Below, in pieces: positions 20,314 through 29,872 of a stretch of DNA of 64,000 bases (positions within the stretch are counted from its first letter, which is position 1; every line of letters begins with the position of its first letter). The position numbers and the translations under genes were made by a program. Source of the DNA: an uncultured Methylomirabilota bacterium (GTDB lineage: Bacteria > Methylomirabilota > Methylomirabilia > Methylomirabilales > 2-02-FULL-66-22); contig CAWJSJ010000002.1 of NCBI GenBank assembly GCA_963845565.1, positions 832,001 to 896,000 of the forward strand. The letters run 5' to 3'. The notes beneath the pieces were generated by a model. That model had not been told where the DNA came from, made no database searches, and saw nothing but the letters and a program-made list of their open reading frames with translations.

Positions 20314-20342
20314 TTGTATCTAACATACAATTCATTTGTCAA
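20314..20342 (-). promoter_or_regulatory. Putative promoter with GntR-type operator upstream of dctP
   Basis: Minus-strand TTGACA (20337-20342) followed by palindrome TTGTAT-N5-ATACAA (20314-20330). Confidence 0.55.
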
Positions 20343-20575
20343 GCGCGTTCTCGGACACGATCGCCCCGATAGGCAATCTGGAATCGAGCGCCGGGAACGA
20401 GCAGAGGTTTGTGATCGGCGTCGCCGCGGAGGCAAGGGGCCCCTCGCGACGGCCACACTTGATACGGCGCGAAAGAGGTTCTATAGTCGGCCGGCTTTCG
20501 TGGAGCGAGCATATGGACGCGGTGGGCGGCGCCACCGTGCCGTGCGCGACGCGGTGGCGGGGGCAAGCGGGACGG

Positions 20576-21875
20576 CTATCCGCCATAGACCGGGGTCTCA
20601 GCGTACGATTGCATCTTGCACTTCGAGACCTCTCGCGGCGGCGACGCGATCTCGGGCGGGACAGCCGACATCATATCGATCATGTCGTACTTATCCTTCA
20701 TCTCGCTTTCTTTCTTGGTGCGGGCCAGGTAGAGCATCTGCCCCACGAGGTGATCCCATTCCCGGATCACCGACGGGATACTTCCGGAAGTTGTCCTTGA
20801 TCACATGCCCTTCCAGCGCCTTGATGACGTCGTGGCTCTTCGTGGTGCCGGCCCGCTCAACCGCGCGCAGCAGTTCCCGCGCGGCGAGGTACCCGTTGCA
20901 GGAGACGTTGTCCGGAACGGGAATCGGCGCGGAGGCCCAGCGCTTCCGGAAGCGCTCGGTGAACTCCTTCACGCCGGGCTCGTCCAGGGTGTAGTGCCAG
21001 GTGGTGCAGAAATACCCGAAGGACTTCTTCACCCCCAGCGTCACCATGTCGGGGAAATCCTGCTGCGGGAAGACCCAGGCGGCGTCCTTCTCAGCCCCGA
21101 ACTCGGCCGCCTGCTCCCGCAGAGCCGTCTGCTCTATGCCTGCCATGTTGGCGATCACCACCTGGGGCTTGACGCTCCGGATCCGAAGGAGCTGGGCGCT
21201 GAAATCGCGCGCGCCCTGCGGGATGAACAACTCGCCCATCTCCTCCGCGCCCACCTTCTTCATGACGTCCCGGGTGACGGCCGTCGCGTTCTTTCCCCAA
21301 ACATAGTCGTGGGTCACGAGGAACCATTTCTTGCCCAGCTCTTTCACGACCAGCGGGCCGAGGGCGTTGGCGAACATCCAGTTGTTGGCGTCCCACACGA
21401 AATTCGTCCGTTGACACTTCTCGTTGGTGACCGTGTCTGAGCTGGAATTGCTGTTGCAGTAGATGATCCCGTATCGCTGGGCCAGGTCCGACAGCGGGGC
21501 GGCCACGCCGCTGGAGAGGGCGCCCATCATAAAATCGATCTTGTCCCGCTCGATGAGCCGCTGCGCCTTGCGCACGGCCACGGACGGATCGGTTTCGGTG
21601 TCTTCCCACTTGTGCTCGATAGGCCGGCCCAGGACGCCGCCCTTGGCGTTGAACTCCTCGATGGCCAGGATCATCCCACGCCGCTCGGCCTGGCCGCTAT
21701 CGGCGAAAGTGCCCGTGGCGTCGCAGGTGAGGCCGATGAGGATCGGCTTCTTGGCCTGGGCCCTCGCCCAGCGCCACGGGCCGATGAAACTAACTCCCAC
21801 ACCGAAGCCGGCGGCAGCCTTCAGGACCTGCCGCCGCGTCAACCCCTTGTTCCCGTGAGCCGATCGGTTCCGCAT
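20576..21875 (-). pseudogene. Tat-exported ABC substrate-binding protein (LivK-like) with a +1 frameshift near 20776 (real or sequencing error)
   Basis: LTRRQVLK Tat motif; EFNAKGGVLGRPI; DYVWG; removing one C gives FRKYPSVIREWDH.., joining ORF 20576..20770. Confidence 0.82.
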
Positions 21876-22295
21876 GGCATGACCCTCCTTTGCCGCCTCA
21901 CCCATCACAGGCCATTCGCTGGCGAAGCCGCCCCACTCGAATCGAATAGACCAGAACGAAACCAGGAAGCGAGAAAACCGGCCTCGGCCGACGGAGCACG
22001 ACCGGCCAGGGCAGGGCCGAACCGGGGAGACGATACGGGGGGAACCAGAACTGGCGGGGACGCTAACACCGGCGATGAGACGTGTCAAGAGAGAAAGGAC
22101 AATCTTCGGACGTGTCCTCCCGTGCAAACGGTACTGCGATCACGGTGACGTCTTCGACGCTGATCCGGGATCGCATACGCGGGCGACTGGGCTTGCTGAT
22201 CCGGATGGGAGGCTTTATAGTCTGCCGACCCCTCTTGGCCCGGTTCACATTGTTCCACGGTCTCATCGGCGAGAGAGCAAGGACGAGGACGCCAG

Positions 22296-22793
22296 ATGCT
22301 GCATGCTGGGATCGACAAGCGAGCGATTCTGGACGCGCTCATCGAGCAGGTCGAGACGAAGCTCGGGGAGCTCAAGGCGGGGTACGGGGCGGCGCGGGAC
22401 GCGGTGCTGAGCACGCCGCACGTCATGAAGGGCAAGCGGGAGGTGTCCGGTCAGGAGTCGGCGTACCTGGCGAATGCGCTGGCCTTGAACATTCAGGAGC
22501 GAGAGCGTGAACTCCGCACGCTTCGGGGGATGCGGCTCCCGGAACGGCCGGATCGCGTGGCGCTGGGCTGTCTGGTAGGTGTGGGCGCAGCGGACGGGGC
22601 GCTCGTTGGGCTCTACTTTGTGCTTCCGGTGTGCGGGGGGATGGAGATTCCGGCGGCGGGCGGCGACACCCTGGTGCGGGTGGTGACGCCGGGGACGCCA
22701 GTGGTCAAGGCCCTCCTGGGCAAGACCATCGGCGAGGACGTCACGCTGCCGACTACACCGCCCTGCGAAGCGATTGTCCGGGCATTGCTGTGA
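22296..22793 (+). CDS. GreA/GreB-like protein (divergent)
   Basis: N-terminal coiled coil with ESAYLA; C-terminal VTPGTPVVKALLGKTIGEDV resembles the Gre/Rnk C-domain. Confidence 0.65.
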   Translation: MLHAGIDKRAILDALIEQVETKLGELKAGYGAARDAVLSTPHVMKGKREVSGQESAYLANALALNIQERERELRTLRGMRLPERPDRVALGCLVGVGAADGALVGLYFVLPVCGGMEIPAAGGDTLVRVVTPGTPVVKALLGKTIGEDVTLPTTPPCEAIVRALL

Positions 22794-22830
22794 TCACCAG
22801 TTTCGTATGCGGCCGTAGGAAAACGGCACC

Positions 22831-24039
22831 ATGAACCCCCAATCCCAAACCCCCAAACCCGAGCCCCGACTTTGGGATGCCACCTTTGGGTGGTTTCTGG
22901 CCCTGTTCTTTCTGTGGAATGTGGGGATGGGGGCCTTCTCTCCCCTCCTCCCCAAGGTCATGGATGGCCTGCAGCTGTCGTTCGCTGCCGCCGGCCTGCT
23001 GGGGAGCGCCTTTGCCATCACGCGGTTCCTGGTGGACATTCCGGCCGGGATCCTCGCCGACCGCCTCGGGATGTCCTGGCTGCTGCACGGGGCCGCGGCC
23101 TTGCTCCTCGGGGGATCCGTACTGGCCGCGGCCGCAGGTTCCTTCGAGGCGATGGCGATAGCGCGGGGGCTGACCGGGATCGGCTCCGGACTGGCCAATA
23201 TCATCTCAGTGCTCTACCTGATGCGGCGTGGGGCCGCCGCCCACCGAAGCCGTCGAGCCAACCTGTATGAACTGGCCGTCATCGCCGGGATGGCTGTCAG
23301 TGCCGACGCCGCCGGCGCCATCGCCACGGCCTGGGACTGGCGGACCAGCTTCGGCCTCGCGGCCGGAATGCTAGGGGGTGTCTGGCTCGTCGGGGCATTC
23401 GGCGCGCTCCCGAACGTCAAGGGCATGTTAGCCGAAGCGCCCACGGCCACCGCGTCCGGGGGTCGTTCGAGCGCCGTCACATCGCGCGGGGCCATCCTGG
23501 CCATCTTCGTGGCCAGCTTCGCCCAGGCGTTCGCCTGGGGCGGCGGCATCTCGACGCTTCTCCCGCTCTACGGGGGCAGCGCGCTCCAGCTCTCGCCGGC
23601 CGTCATCGGGCGGGCCATGGCGGTGGCTTTCTGGATCGAGGTGTGCCTGCTCTACCCGGTCGGCTGGGCCGCCGACGTTTGGGGTAAGGCCCGTGTGATG
23701 ATCCCCGGCTTCGTTGCCATGTTGCTGGGGACGCTTCTGGTCCCGTGGGCGACGGGTCCCGCGAGCTATGGAGTGGCGTTCGCCATCCTCGCTGCCGGCA
23801 TGAGCGTCTGGATGATGGTTCCCGCGCTGATGGCGGAACACCTGGCAGGCGGGTTCGGCGGCAAGGCTGCCGGCCGCTATCGGCTGGTCACGGATTTCGG
23901 CTTCATCGTGGGCCCCGCGACCGTCGGTTGGCTCATCGGTCGGTTCGGTTTCGCGACGGGCGCCGCCGCCATCGCGATGGTCCTGGTTGTCTCGATCCTG
24001 CTGAGCAGCCGCTTTCTCGGCAGCCCCCGCCGAACCTGA
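22831..24039 (+). CDS. MFS transporter
   Basis: About 12 hydrophobic segments; motif A GILADRLG and GWAADVWGK. Confidence 0.88.
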   Translation: MNPQSQTPKPEPRLWDATFGWFLALFFLWNVGMGAFSPLLPKVMDGLQLSFAAAGLLGSAFAITRFLVDIPAGILADRLGMSWLLHGAAALLLGGSVLAAAAGSFEAMAIARGLTGIGSGLANIISVLYLMRRGAAAHRSRRANLYELAVIAGMAVSADAAGAIATAWDWRTSFGLAAGMLGGVWLVGAFGALPNVKGMLAEAPTATASGGRSSAVTSRGAILAIFVASFAQAFAWGGGISTLLPLYGGSALQLSPAVIGRAMAVAFWIEVCLLYPVGWAADVWGKARVMIPGFVAMLLGTLLVPWATGPASYGVAFAILAAGMSVWMMVPALMAEHLAGGFGGKAAGRYRLVTDFGFIVGPATVGWLIGRFGFATGAAAIAMVLVVSILLSSRFLGSPRRT

Positions 24040-24323
24040 TGCCTGGGTGCCCTTCGCCTGCCCTATGGACTGCAACGCAAACCGGACCCAGTCCATCCAC
24101 AACCGCCCCTCGCGGCTGACAGGGCCGACCGCCCATCCTGCCGCTTCTGCGGTGGTGCGGGCCATCTGTCAGGTCATTTCTTTCCGATCTTTCCGACGCC
24201 CCTCAACCGGTCTCCAATACCTACAGCGCTCAATGGCAGTTGAAACGTACGGTTACCCGCTGCGCATGGCTTCCTATAGTCATGGACAATCCGAGGCACA
24301 GTTCTCGCACCTCTCTGAACGCC

Positions 24324-25526
24324 ATGGTTCCGCGCCACGTTCTCTACCACCGATCCGCGATCGGGATGCTCCTCTTGATTTCGCTCGGGGTCGGCTGCTC
24401 TCATGGCTCCATCCCGCATCTTGCCGTGCAAGACCAGATCGAGGGCGGCACTGGCGCCGCTGCGCTGCCGGCGGACCAACCAACCCGCGGTGCGCCGGCA
24501 GCGACCGCGTCCGCCCCCTTCACTCCCCGAGAAACCTTGTCTGCTGCCGAACCAGCCACGCCTTCGTCGCCTGCAGAGGAAACTCCCCCCAGAATCGGAC
24601 CCGCGCCGCCGACCGGGGTCGGCGCCCCCATGTCCGAGTTCCCGGTTGTGCTCAACCAACGTGTCAGGCTTGCCCTCAAATACCTCCAGACACACCGTTC
24701 GGCCGTCATTGCTCAGGCCTTCTGGCGAGCGCGCCGCTATGCAGGCATGATGCGCGCGATCTTCCGGGAATATGGCCTACCCGAGGAGCTCGTCAACCTC
24801 GCCTTCGTCGAAAGCGACGTGAATCCACGCGCGACCTCTGGCGCCAATGCCGCGGGCATCTGGCAGTTCGTCCCGTCCACGGCGCGCTCCTACGGGATGC
24901 GAACCACCGCGTCCCTCGACGAACGCCGCGACCCGGAGAAGTCCACCCGCGCGGCCGCCGAGCACCTTAAGTCTCTCTACGGGCGTTTCCGGGCGTGGCC
25001 GCTCGCCCTGGCGGCCTACAACGCCGGCGGAACCGCCGTCCAGCGCGCCATCGACCGGCAGAAGACCCGAGATTTCTGGAAACTGCGCCTGCCTAGCGAA
25101 ACCAGGCGCTTCGTTCCAAAGTTCATGGCCATGACCATCATCTCCCGCGACCCGGGCCGCTACGGCTTCTCGCCGCCGCCCGAGGAGCCGCACGACGTCG
25201 AGGTCCTGCACGTCAGCCAGCCCACCGAGATTCGGCACATCGCCGATGCCGCGGGGACCACCGTGACGCACCTTCGCGACCTGAACCCGGAACTGGTTGG
25301 CCCCGCTACTCCGTCCGATCAGGCCCGCTATACGCTCCGAATCCCCCGGCGCTTCACCTGGGTCTCCCACAAAGTTCAAAAGGGAGAGACCCTCGCCATG
25401 GTCGCGCGGCGCTACAAGGTCAGCCCCCAGATGCTGCGCGAGGCCAACAAGCTCAACCCGAGCGATGACCTCACAATGGGCCGAGTCCTTCTCGTCCCGA
25501 CGGCGGCGTCACCGCCACCTGCCTAG
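24324..25526 (+). CDS. MltD-like lytic transglycosylase with LysM domain (probable lipoprotein)
   Basis: LGVGC lipobox; LAFVES, AAGIWQF, DERRDPEKSTRAAA, LAAYNAG; LysM HKVQKGETL; start codon uncertain. Confidence 0.88.
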   Translation: MVPRHVLYHRSAIGMLLLISLGVGCSHGSIPHLAVQDQIEGGTGAAALPADQPTRGAPAATASAPFTPRETLSAAEPATPSSPAEETPPRIGPAPPTGVGAPMSEFPVVLNQRVRLALKYLQTHRSAVIAQAFWRARRYAGMMRAIFREYGLPEELVNLAFVESDVNPRATSGANAAGIWQFVPSTARSYGMRTTASLDERRDPEKSTRAAAEHLKSLYGRFRAWPLALAAYNAGGTAVQRAIDRQKTRDFWKLRLPSETRRFVPKFMAMTIISRDPGRYGFSPPPEEPHDVEVLHVSQPTEIRHIADAAGTTVTHLRDLNPELVGPATPSDQARYTLRIPRRFTWVSHKVQKGETLAMVARRYKVSPQMLREANKLNPSDDLTMGRVLLVPTAASPPPA

Positions 25527-25766
25527 ACCCGCCTTCGCCCCCAACGATACGACCCTCGCGAAAATCGCCGCCGCGCCGATCGAGTTCCTCGTCGCGTCAT
25601 AGTTAACGCATTCGTCGGGATTTTGTCTCCGCTGTGAACTGCTCCCCGATACTCGCCTGCGGGGCCCTTACCCTCTTCCCTGAAATGCGGCGCCTAACTC
25701 AAAATCGGTCCGAATGATATTACGGTGACAGATCGATCGCTGGGAGGTTCTGACTGAAAAACACTA

Positions 25767-25796
25767 CTTGACATATAGCGACTCATATAATATATT
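25767..25796 (+). promoter_or_regulatory. Sigma70-type promoter of the hsp20 pair with an overlapping HAIR-like operator
   Basis: TTGACA (25768)-N17-TATATT (25791); CTTGACA-N7-ACTCATA versus HAIR consensus CTTGAGT-N7-ACTCAAG. Confidence 0.6.
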
Positions 25797-25907
25797 AATA
25801 CACAGTTAGATAATACGAAATATCAGATTTGGGATACCGTTTGAGGAAGCGTCGTTTCCGCGCGGACTGTCACCAACCACGTTAGTCCAAAGAAGGGAGG
25901 ATGGGCT

Positions 25908-26369
25908 ATGGCTATCGCAAATCCATGGGGAGAGCTGGATGCTTTGCGGCAGGAAATCGATCGGACGTTCCAGACATTCTGGTCAGATCGCCGTCCCCAA
26001 TCCTGGCGCGTGGCATTCTTGCCCGGACAGGGAGCGCGTCAATACCCATTGGTGAATCTCAGCGAGGACGAAGGAAACCTGTACGTCGAGGCGTTGGCGC
26101 CCGGCGTAGACCCCAAGTCGCTGGACCTGTCCGTACTCCAGGGCGCGCTAACGATCAAGGGCGAGAAGCCCGGTCTGGCGCAGGTGACGGCGGATGCGTA
26201 CCATCGGAACGAGCGCGCGGCCGGACGATTCACGCGCACCATCGAATTGCCCGTTGAAGTCGATGCGACCCATGTCAAGGCGGACTATCGGAACGGGTTG
26301 CTCGTGGTGACGCTGCCCAAGGCTGCGGCGGCGAAACCAAAGCAAATTCAGATTAACGTGGCCGGTTAG
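25908..26369 (+). CDS. Hsp20/alpha-crystallin small heat-shock protein
   Basis: YPLVN, APGVDP, LTIKGEK, HRNER.AGRFTRTIELP, ADYRNGLLVVTLPK. Confidence 0.93.
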   Translation: MAIANPWGELDALRQEIDRTFQTFWSDRRPQSWRVAFLPGQGARQYPLVNLSEDEGNLYVEALAPGVDPKSLDLSVLQGALTIKGEKPGLAQVTADAYHRNERAAGRFTRTIELPVEVDATHVKADYRNGLLVVTLPKAAAAKPKQIQINVAG

Positions 26370-26383
26370 AGGAGGTGACGACG

Positions 26384-26779
26384 ATGGCAGAGAAGACGGT
26401 CCCCAGCGTTCAGCCTGAAACGGCCGCGCGACGGGAAGAAACCCGGGCACACGAACGGTACATCACCCCGCCCGTTGACATCTTCGAGACCAAAGATGGG
26501 TTGACGGTGATCGCCGACTTGCCCGGGGTAGAGCAACAGGCCCTCGATGTTCGCGTGGTGGATGGGGTGTTGACGCTGCAGGGAAACACCAAACACATCG
26601 CACCCGGGACGCCGATCGCGCGGGAATACGAGCTGCTCAATTTCTACCGGCAATTCGAATTGCCGGATGCGGTGGATGCGGACCGGATATCGGCCCAGCT
26701 CAAACACGGCGTGCTGGCCCTCCACCTACCGAAGAAAGAGAAGGCAAAGCCAAGACAAATCAGCGTCCAGGTAAGCTGA
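26384..26779 (+). CDS. Hsp20/alpha-crystallin small heat-shock protein
   Basis: PPVDIFET, ADLPGV, FYRQFELP, AQLKHGVLALHLPK; RBS GGAGG. Confidence 0.93.
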   Translation: MAEKTVPSVQPETAARREETRAHERYITPPVDIFETKDGLTVIADLPGVEQQALDVRVVDGVLTLQGNTKHIAPGTPIAREYELLNFYRQFELPDAVDADRISAQLKHGVLALHLPKKEKAKPRQISVQVS

Positions 26780-26798
26780 CGCGATCCCTTCCATGCGG

Positions 26799-26843
26799 CG
26801 GCCGCCGGGTCGTTGAGACCGGCGGCCGTTCGTTTTCCCTTTT
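26799..26843 (+). terminator. Rho-independent terminator after the hsp20 pair
   Basis: CGGCCGCCGG..CCGGCGGCCG stem followed by TTCGTTTTCCCTTTT. Confidence 0.7.
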
Positions 26844-26915
26844 CACGTTACCCCGCACGATGTTGCTCACGAAAGAGCGAAGCGTCGCGTTTGCACATCC
26901 GTGGTGACGGCGTAG

Positions 26916-27680
26916 TCAAGTTGCGGCGGTTGGTTTTGTAGCAGAAAACCGTAGGCGCACATAATCAGCGTTCCAATTGCCGCTTGCATCACAGAGCGCG
27001 TTGCGCAGGGCTTCGACGACCTCCGAAACAAACCTCGACCGATCGTCCGCGGGCACGGCGGAGGTGTAGGGCTCTGCAAATGTCTCCAGCCACCCGCCCA
27101 CATCTCCGGGCAACACCGTCGGGCGGGGGATGAGGTCTATGGTTCTTACCTCGAAGCCGCGTGCCTCGAGAAGCTCCCGGTATTCCTCGAGGCGAGGAAA
27201 AAACCAGGGGCTGGCGACCATGATCCCCCTGGAGGAAAGCGCCGATTCGAGCGCCGTGACAATGGTCGCCACATTGCCGTACCCGCCAAATTCGCCGACA
27301 AAGCGCCCTCGCGGTTTGAGCGCGCGCCATACGCCTGCAATAACACCCTCCGCGTCTTTCATCCAGTGCAACGCGGCATTCGAAAACACGGCATCAAATT
27401 CGTTGGCGAAACGGAGTGATTGCCCATCCACGATGTGAGCGTCCAGCCCTAGCGACGTGGCCGCTCTCACCATTTCAGCGCTGGAATCAACGCCAACCAA
27501 CGTGCAGCCAAATTCAACCAGCTTGATCGTGAGCGCGCCATCACCACACCCGAGATCAAGGATTCGTTCGCCCGATTGCGGCGACAGCAACTCAACGACA
27601 GGCATGCCCAGATCGGAGACAAACCGGGCATTCTTTCCGTACAGCGCTGGGTTCCAGTGTTGCGTGTGTGATGACGACAT
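26916..27680 (-). CDS. Class I SAM-dependent methyltransferase (trans-aconitate methyltransferase-like)
   Basis: ILDLGCGDG, FDAVFSNAALHW, EFGGYGN, ADYVRLRF. Confidence 0.88.
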   Translation of the reverse strand: MSSSHTQHWNPALYGKNARFVSDLGMPVVELLSPQSGERILDLGCGDGALTIKLVEFGCTLVGVDSSAEMVRAATSLGLDAHIVDGQSLRFANEFDAVFSNAALHWMKDAEGVIAGVWRALKPRGRFVGEFGGYGNVATIVTALESALSSRGIMVASPWFFPRLEEYRELLEARGFEVRTIDLIPRPTVLPGDVGGWLETFAEPYTSAVPADDRSRFVSEVVEALRNALCDASGNWNADYVRLRFSATKPTAAT

Positions 27681-27869
27681 AAAGCGGCCTAACACCCCCT
27701 GAAACGCAGAATGACTGACGAAATGGTCACTGTGGGGAGCGTATCGAAGGGCGCGGGAGGTGTCAACACCGAATACCCCGGCTCGGTGGCACCGGGAACG
27801 CCGATGGGTCGCTGCCGCCTACGTTCGAGATCCTACCGCTTCCCCACTAGGGACTCGGACGCTTTCCTA

Positions 27870-27903
27870 TTGAGTGCAGTAACAACTTGAGTGCAGTAAC
27901 AAC
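27870..27903. repeat. Exact 17-bp tandem duplication
   Basis: TTGAGTGCAGTAACAAC twice. Confidence 0.9.
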
Positions 27904-27977
27904 GGCTTGCGGGGCGACGAGACGTTGAGAGAGGGCACCAGGCGTTCCGGCGCGCGCGGAGCGCCACCGCGACTCGG

Positions 27978-28631
27978 TCACGCGGGCGCTTCCATCCACG
28001 CGATGGCGTCGCGGCATGCCTGGGTGAGATCGTCCCGCGCATCCGAGAAGAAATGATCCGTGTCGAGTACGCGCGTCCATGGCGTGGCGGGCAGGGAAAG
28101 ATAGAGGGCCTCGAATCGCGCGGCTTCACAGAACTCGTCGTGTGCTCCGCCGATCAGCGCGACGCGGCAGATCGCTTGGCGAAGGAATCCAAAGTCGTAG
28201 CGGTTCAGCGGCGGGGCGATGCCCAGGTAGAACCCGACGCGCTGGTCCGCTGCGGCCGCCATCGCCCCCACGTAGCTTCCAAACGAGTATCCGGCAACGG
28301 CCATGAGTTTCGGTCGGGCCCCCAGCGCCTCTTCGAGATGGTCGAGTGCGCCGATCACGTCCGCAACCTCGGCGGGTCCTTCCCCGTAACTCCCCTCGCT
28401 CCCCCCGACGCCTCGGAAGTTGAAGGCCAGCGTGGTGTAGCCCGCCTCCTGGAAGCCCTGCTCCGCCCTCATGATAACGGGCGTGAGCATGGAGCCGCCG
28501 TAGAGCGGGTGCGGATGACACAACACCACCGCACGGTCGGCGGACGCCTTGGTCAGTCGTCCTTCGATCCTGAGGCCGTCTGACGACGAGAAATGGACGA
28601 GGCTAGCGCTCGAGGAGAGGCGAATGGCCAT
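27978..28631 (-). CDS. Alpha/beta hydrolase
   Basis: HPHPLYGGSM, FNFRGVGGSEG, GYSFG nucleophile elbow, DE, DHFF. Confidence 0.9.
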   Translation of the reverse strand: MAIRLSSSASLVHFSSSDGLRIEGRLTKASADRAVVLCHPHPLYGGSMLTPVIMRAEQGFQEAGYTTLAFNFRGVGGSEGSYGEGPAEVADVIGALDHLEEALGARPKLMAVAGYSFGSYVGAMAAAADQRVGFYLGIAPPLNRYDFGFLRQAICRVALIGGAHDEFCEAARFEALYLSLPATPWTRVLDTDHFFSDARDDLTQACRDAIAWMEAPA

Positions 28632-28804
28632 CTTCTGTCCTCCGCTGGGCGGCACAGACCGGTCTGCCTCATCCTACTTGAAGATCGTCGCTTGCGAAAG
28701 GTGCACCTGCAGGGGACGCATCCCACGCGATGTGCCTGTGCGGTACGAACAACGTTTCATTCTTGTGCGTCGCAGAGGCTGGGTGCCAATGTCCGCAAAT
28801 CGGC

Positions 28805-28862
28805 TTGACACGTTCCGGGGTTCTTGGTATTCACTACAATCAGACTGTAAGACTGTATACAG
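28805..28862 (+). promoter_or_regulatory. Promoter region with GntR-type palindrome
   Basis: TTGACA at 28805; CTGTATACAG palindrome at 28853-28862 just upstream of the GntR RBS. Confidence 0.5.
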
Positions 28863-28878
28863 AGCTAGAGGTGCTCCA

Positions 28879-29589
28879 ATGGTGCAGAGCAGTCTCGCCC
28901 ACCGCATCGACGCCATCCAGAACACCGCCGAGGTGATCGCGCAGTCGCTCAAGGAGATGATCTATGAGGCGGAGCTGAAGCCGGGCCAGCCCCTCATCCA
29001 GGAGCGGATCGCCGAGATGTTCCAGGTCTCGCGCGTGCCGGTGCGCGACGCCCTCCAGTTGCTCATCGCCAATGGCATCGCAGTGAATGTGCCGCGTCGG
29101 GGCGTGATCGTCCGGCCCCTTTCGCGCAGGCTCCTGGCGGAGCTGTTTGAGGTGCGCAAGATTCTCGAGGGGGCCGCCGCCCGCATGGCGATCCGGAACG
29201 GGACCCCGGAACATTGGCGGCAGCTGGAAGGCCTGGTCGCGCAGCAGGCCGAATGCCTGAAGAGCCGAGACGTCAAGCGATACGCCAAGCTGGACGACGA
29301 TTTCCACCGGGCGCTCTACGATGCGGTCGGGAACGAACGGTTGGTGGATCTCATCTTCGCCAACTGGGAGCTGATCAAGCAGGCCCGTTCGGCCTCGACC
29401 GTGGTGCCGGAGCACGGCAAGGCGTGGATCGCCAACTCGCTCAAGCGACACAAGCGTATCCTGGCGGCTCTGAAGAAAGGGGGCGAGGACGCCGCCTGCG
29501 CGGCGATCTTTGAGAACATCGACAGCTCCGAACAGGAGATCGTCAGGCGTCTCAAAGAGGTGGGGTGGATCGAGGCTGCGGGCTGCTGA
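28879..29589 (+). CDS. GntR family (FCD) transcriptional regulator
   Basis: LKPGQPL, VSRVPVRDAL, PRRG, VRKILEG, DDFH. Confidence 0.9.
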   Translation: MVQSSLAHRIDAIQNTAEVIAQSLKEMIYEAELKPGQPLIQERIAEMFQVSRVPVRDALQLLIANGIAVNVPRRGVIVRPLSRRLLAELFEVRKILEGAAARMAIRNGTPEHWRQLEGLVAQQAECLKSRDVKRYAKLDDDFHRALYDAVGNERLVDLIFANWELIKQARSASTVVPEHGKAWIANSLKRHKRILAALKKGGEDAACAAIFENIDSSEQEIVRRLKEVGWIEAAGC

Positions 29590-29725
29590 AAGAGGCCCAT
29601 CTGCGGTGACCCAGCCTGCGGCCGGGTGCCCCGCTCGGCCCTGCGGTGCTGCGGCGTACGTGCTAAGTACGCCTCGCACCTCGGATCCCTCGCCGCCTTG
29701 CATCTGGACCTCTTTGAGCAGCCTG
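29579..29725. repeat. MITE/REP-like repeat family A, copy 2 (contains the GntR stop codon)
   Basis: GGCTGCTGAAAGAGGCCCATCTGC ... GCATCTGGACCTCTTTGAGCAGCCTG. Confidence 0.82.
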
Positions 29726-29872
29726 GGTGAAAGTAGGTAATACGGCATTCTGAGGGAGGCAGCCCTCGGTCCCTCCTGGTCGCGGGCTGCTTGCCCTTCC
29801 GGGGACTCGGTCGAGATCGCGTGTGGCGTGGACACCATCATCAACGGCAGAACGCGTGGCGGGAGGTGTGCG

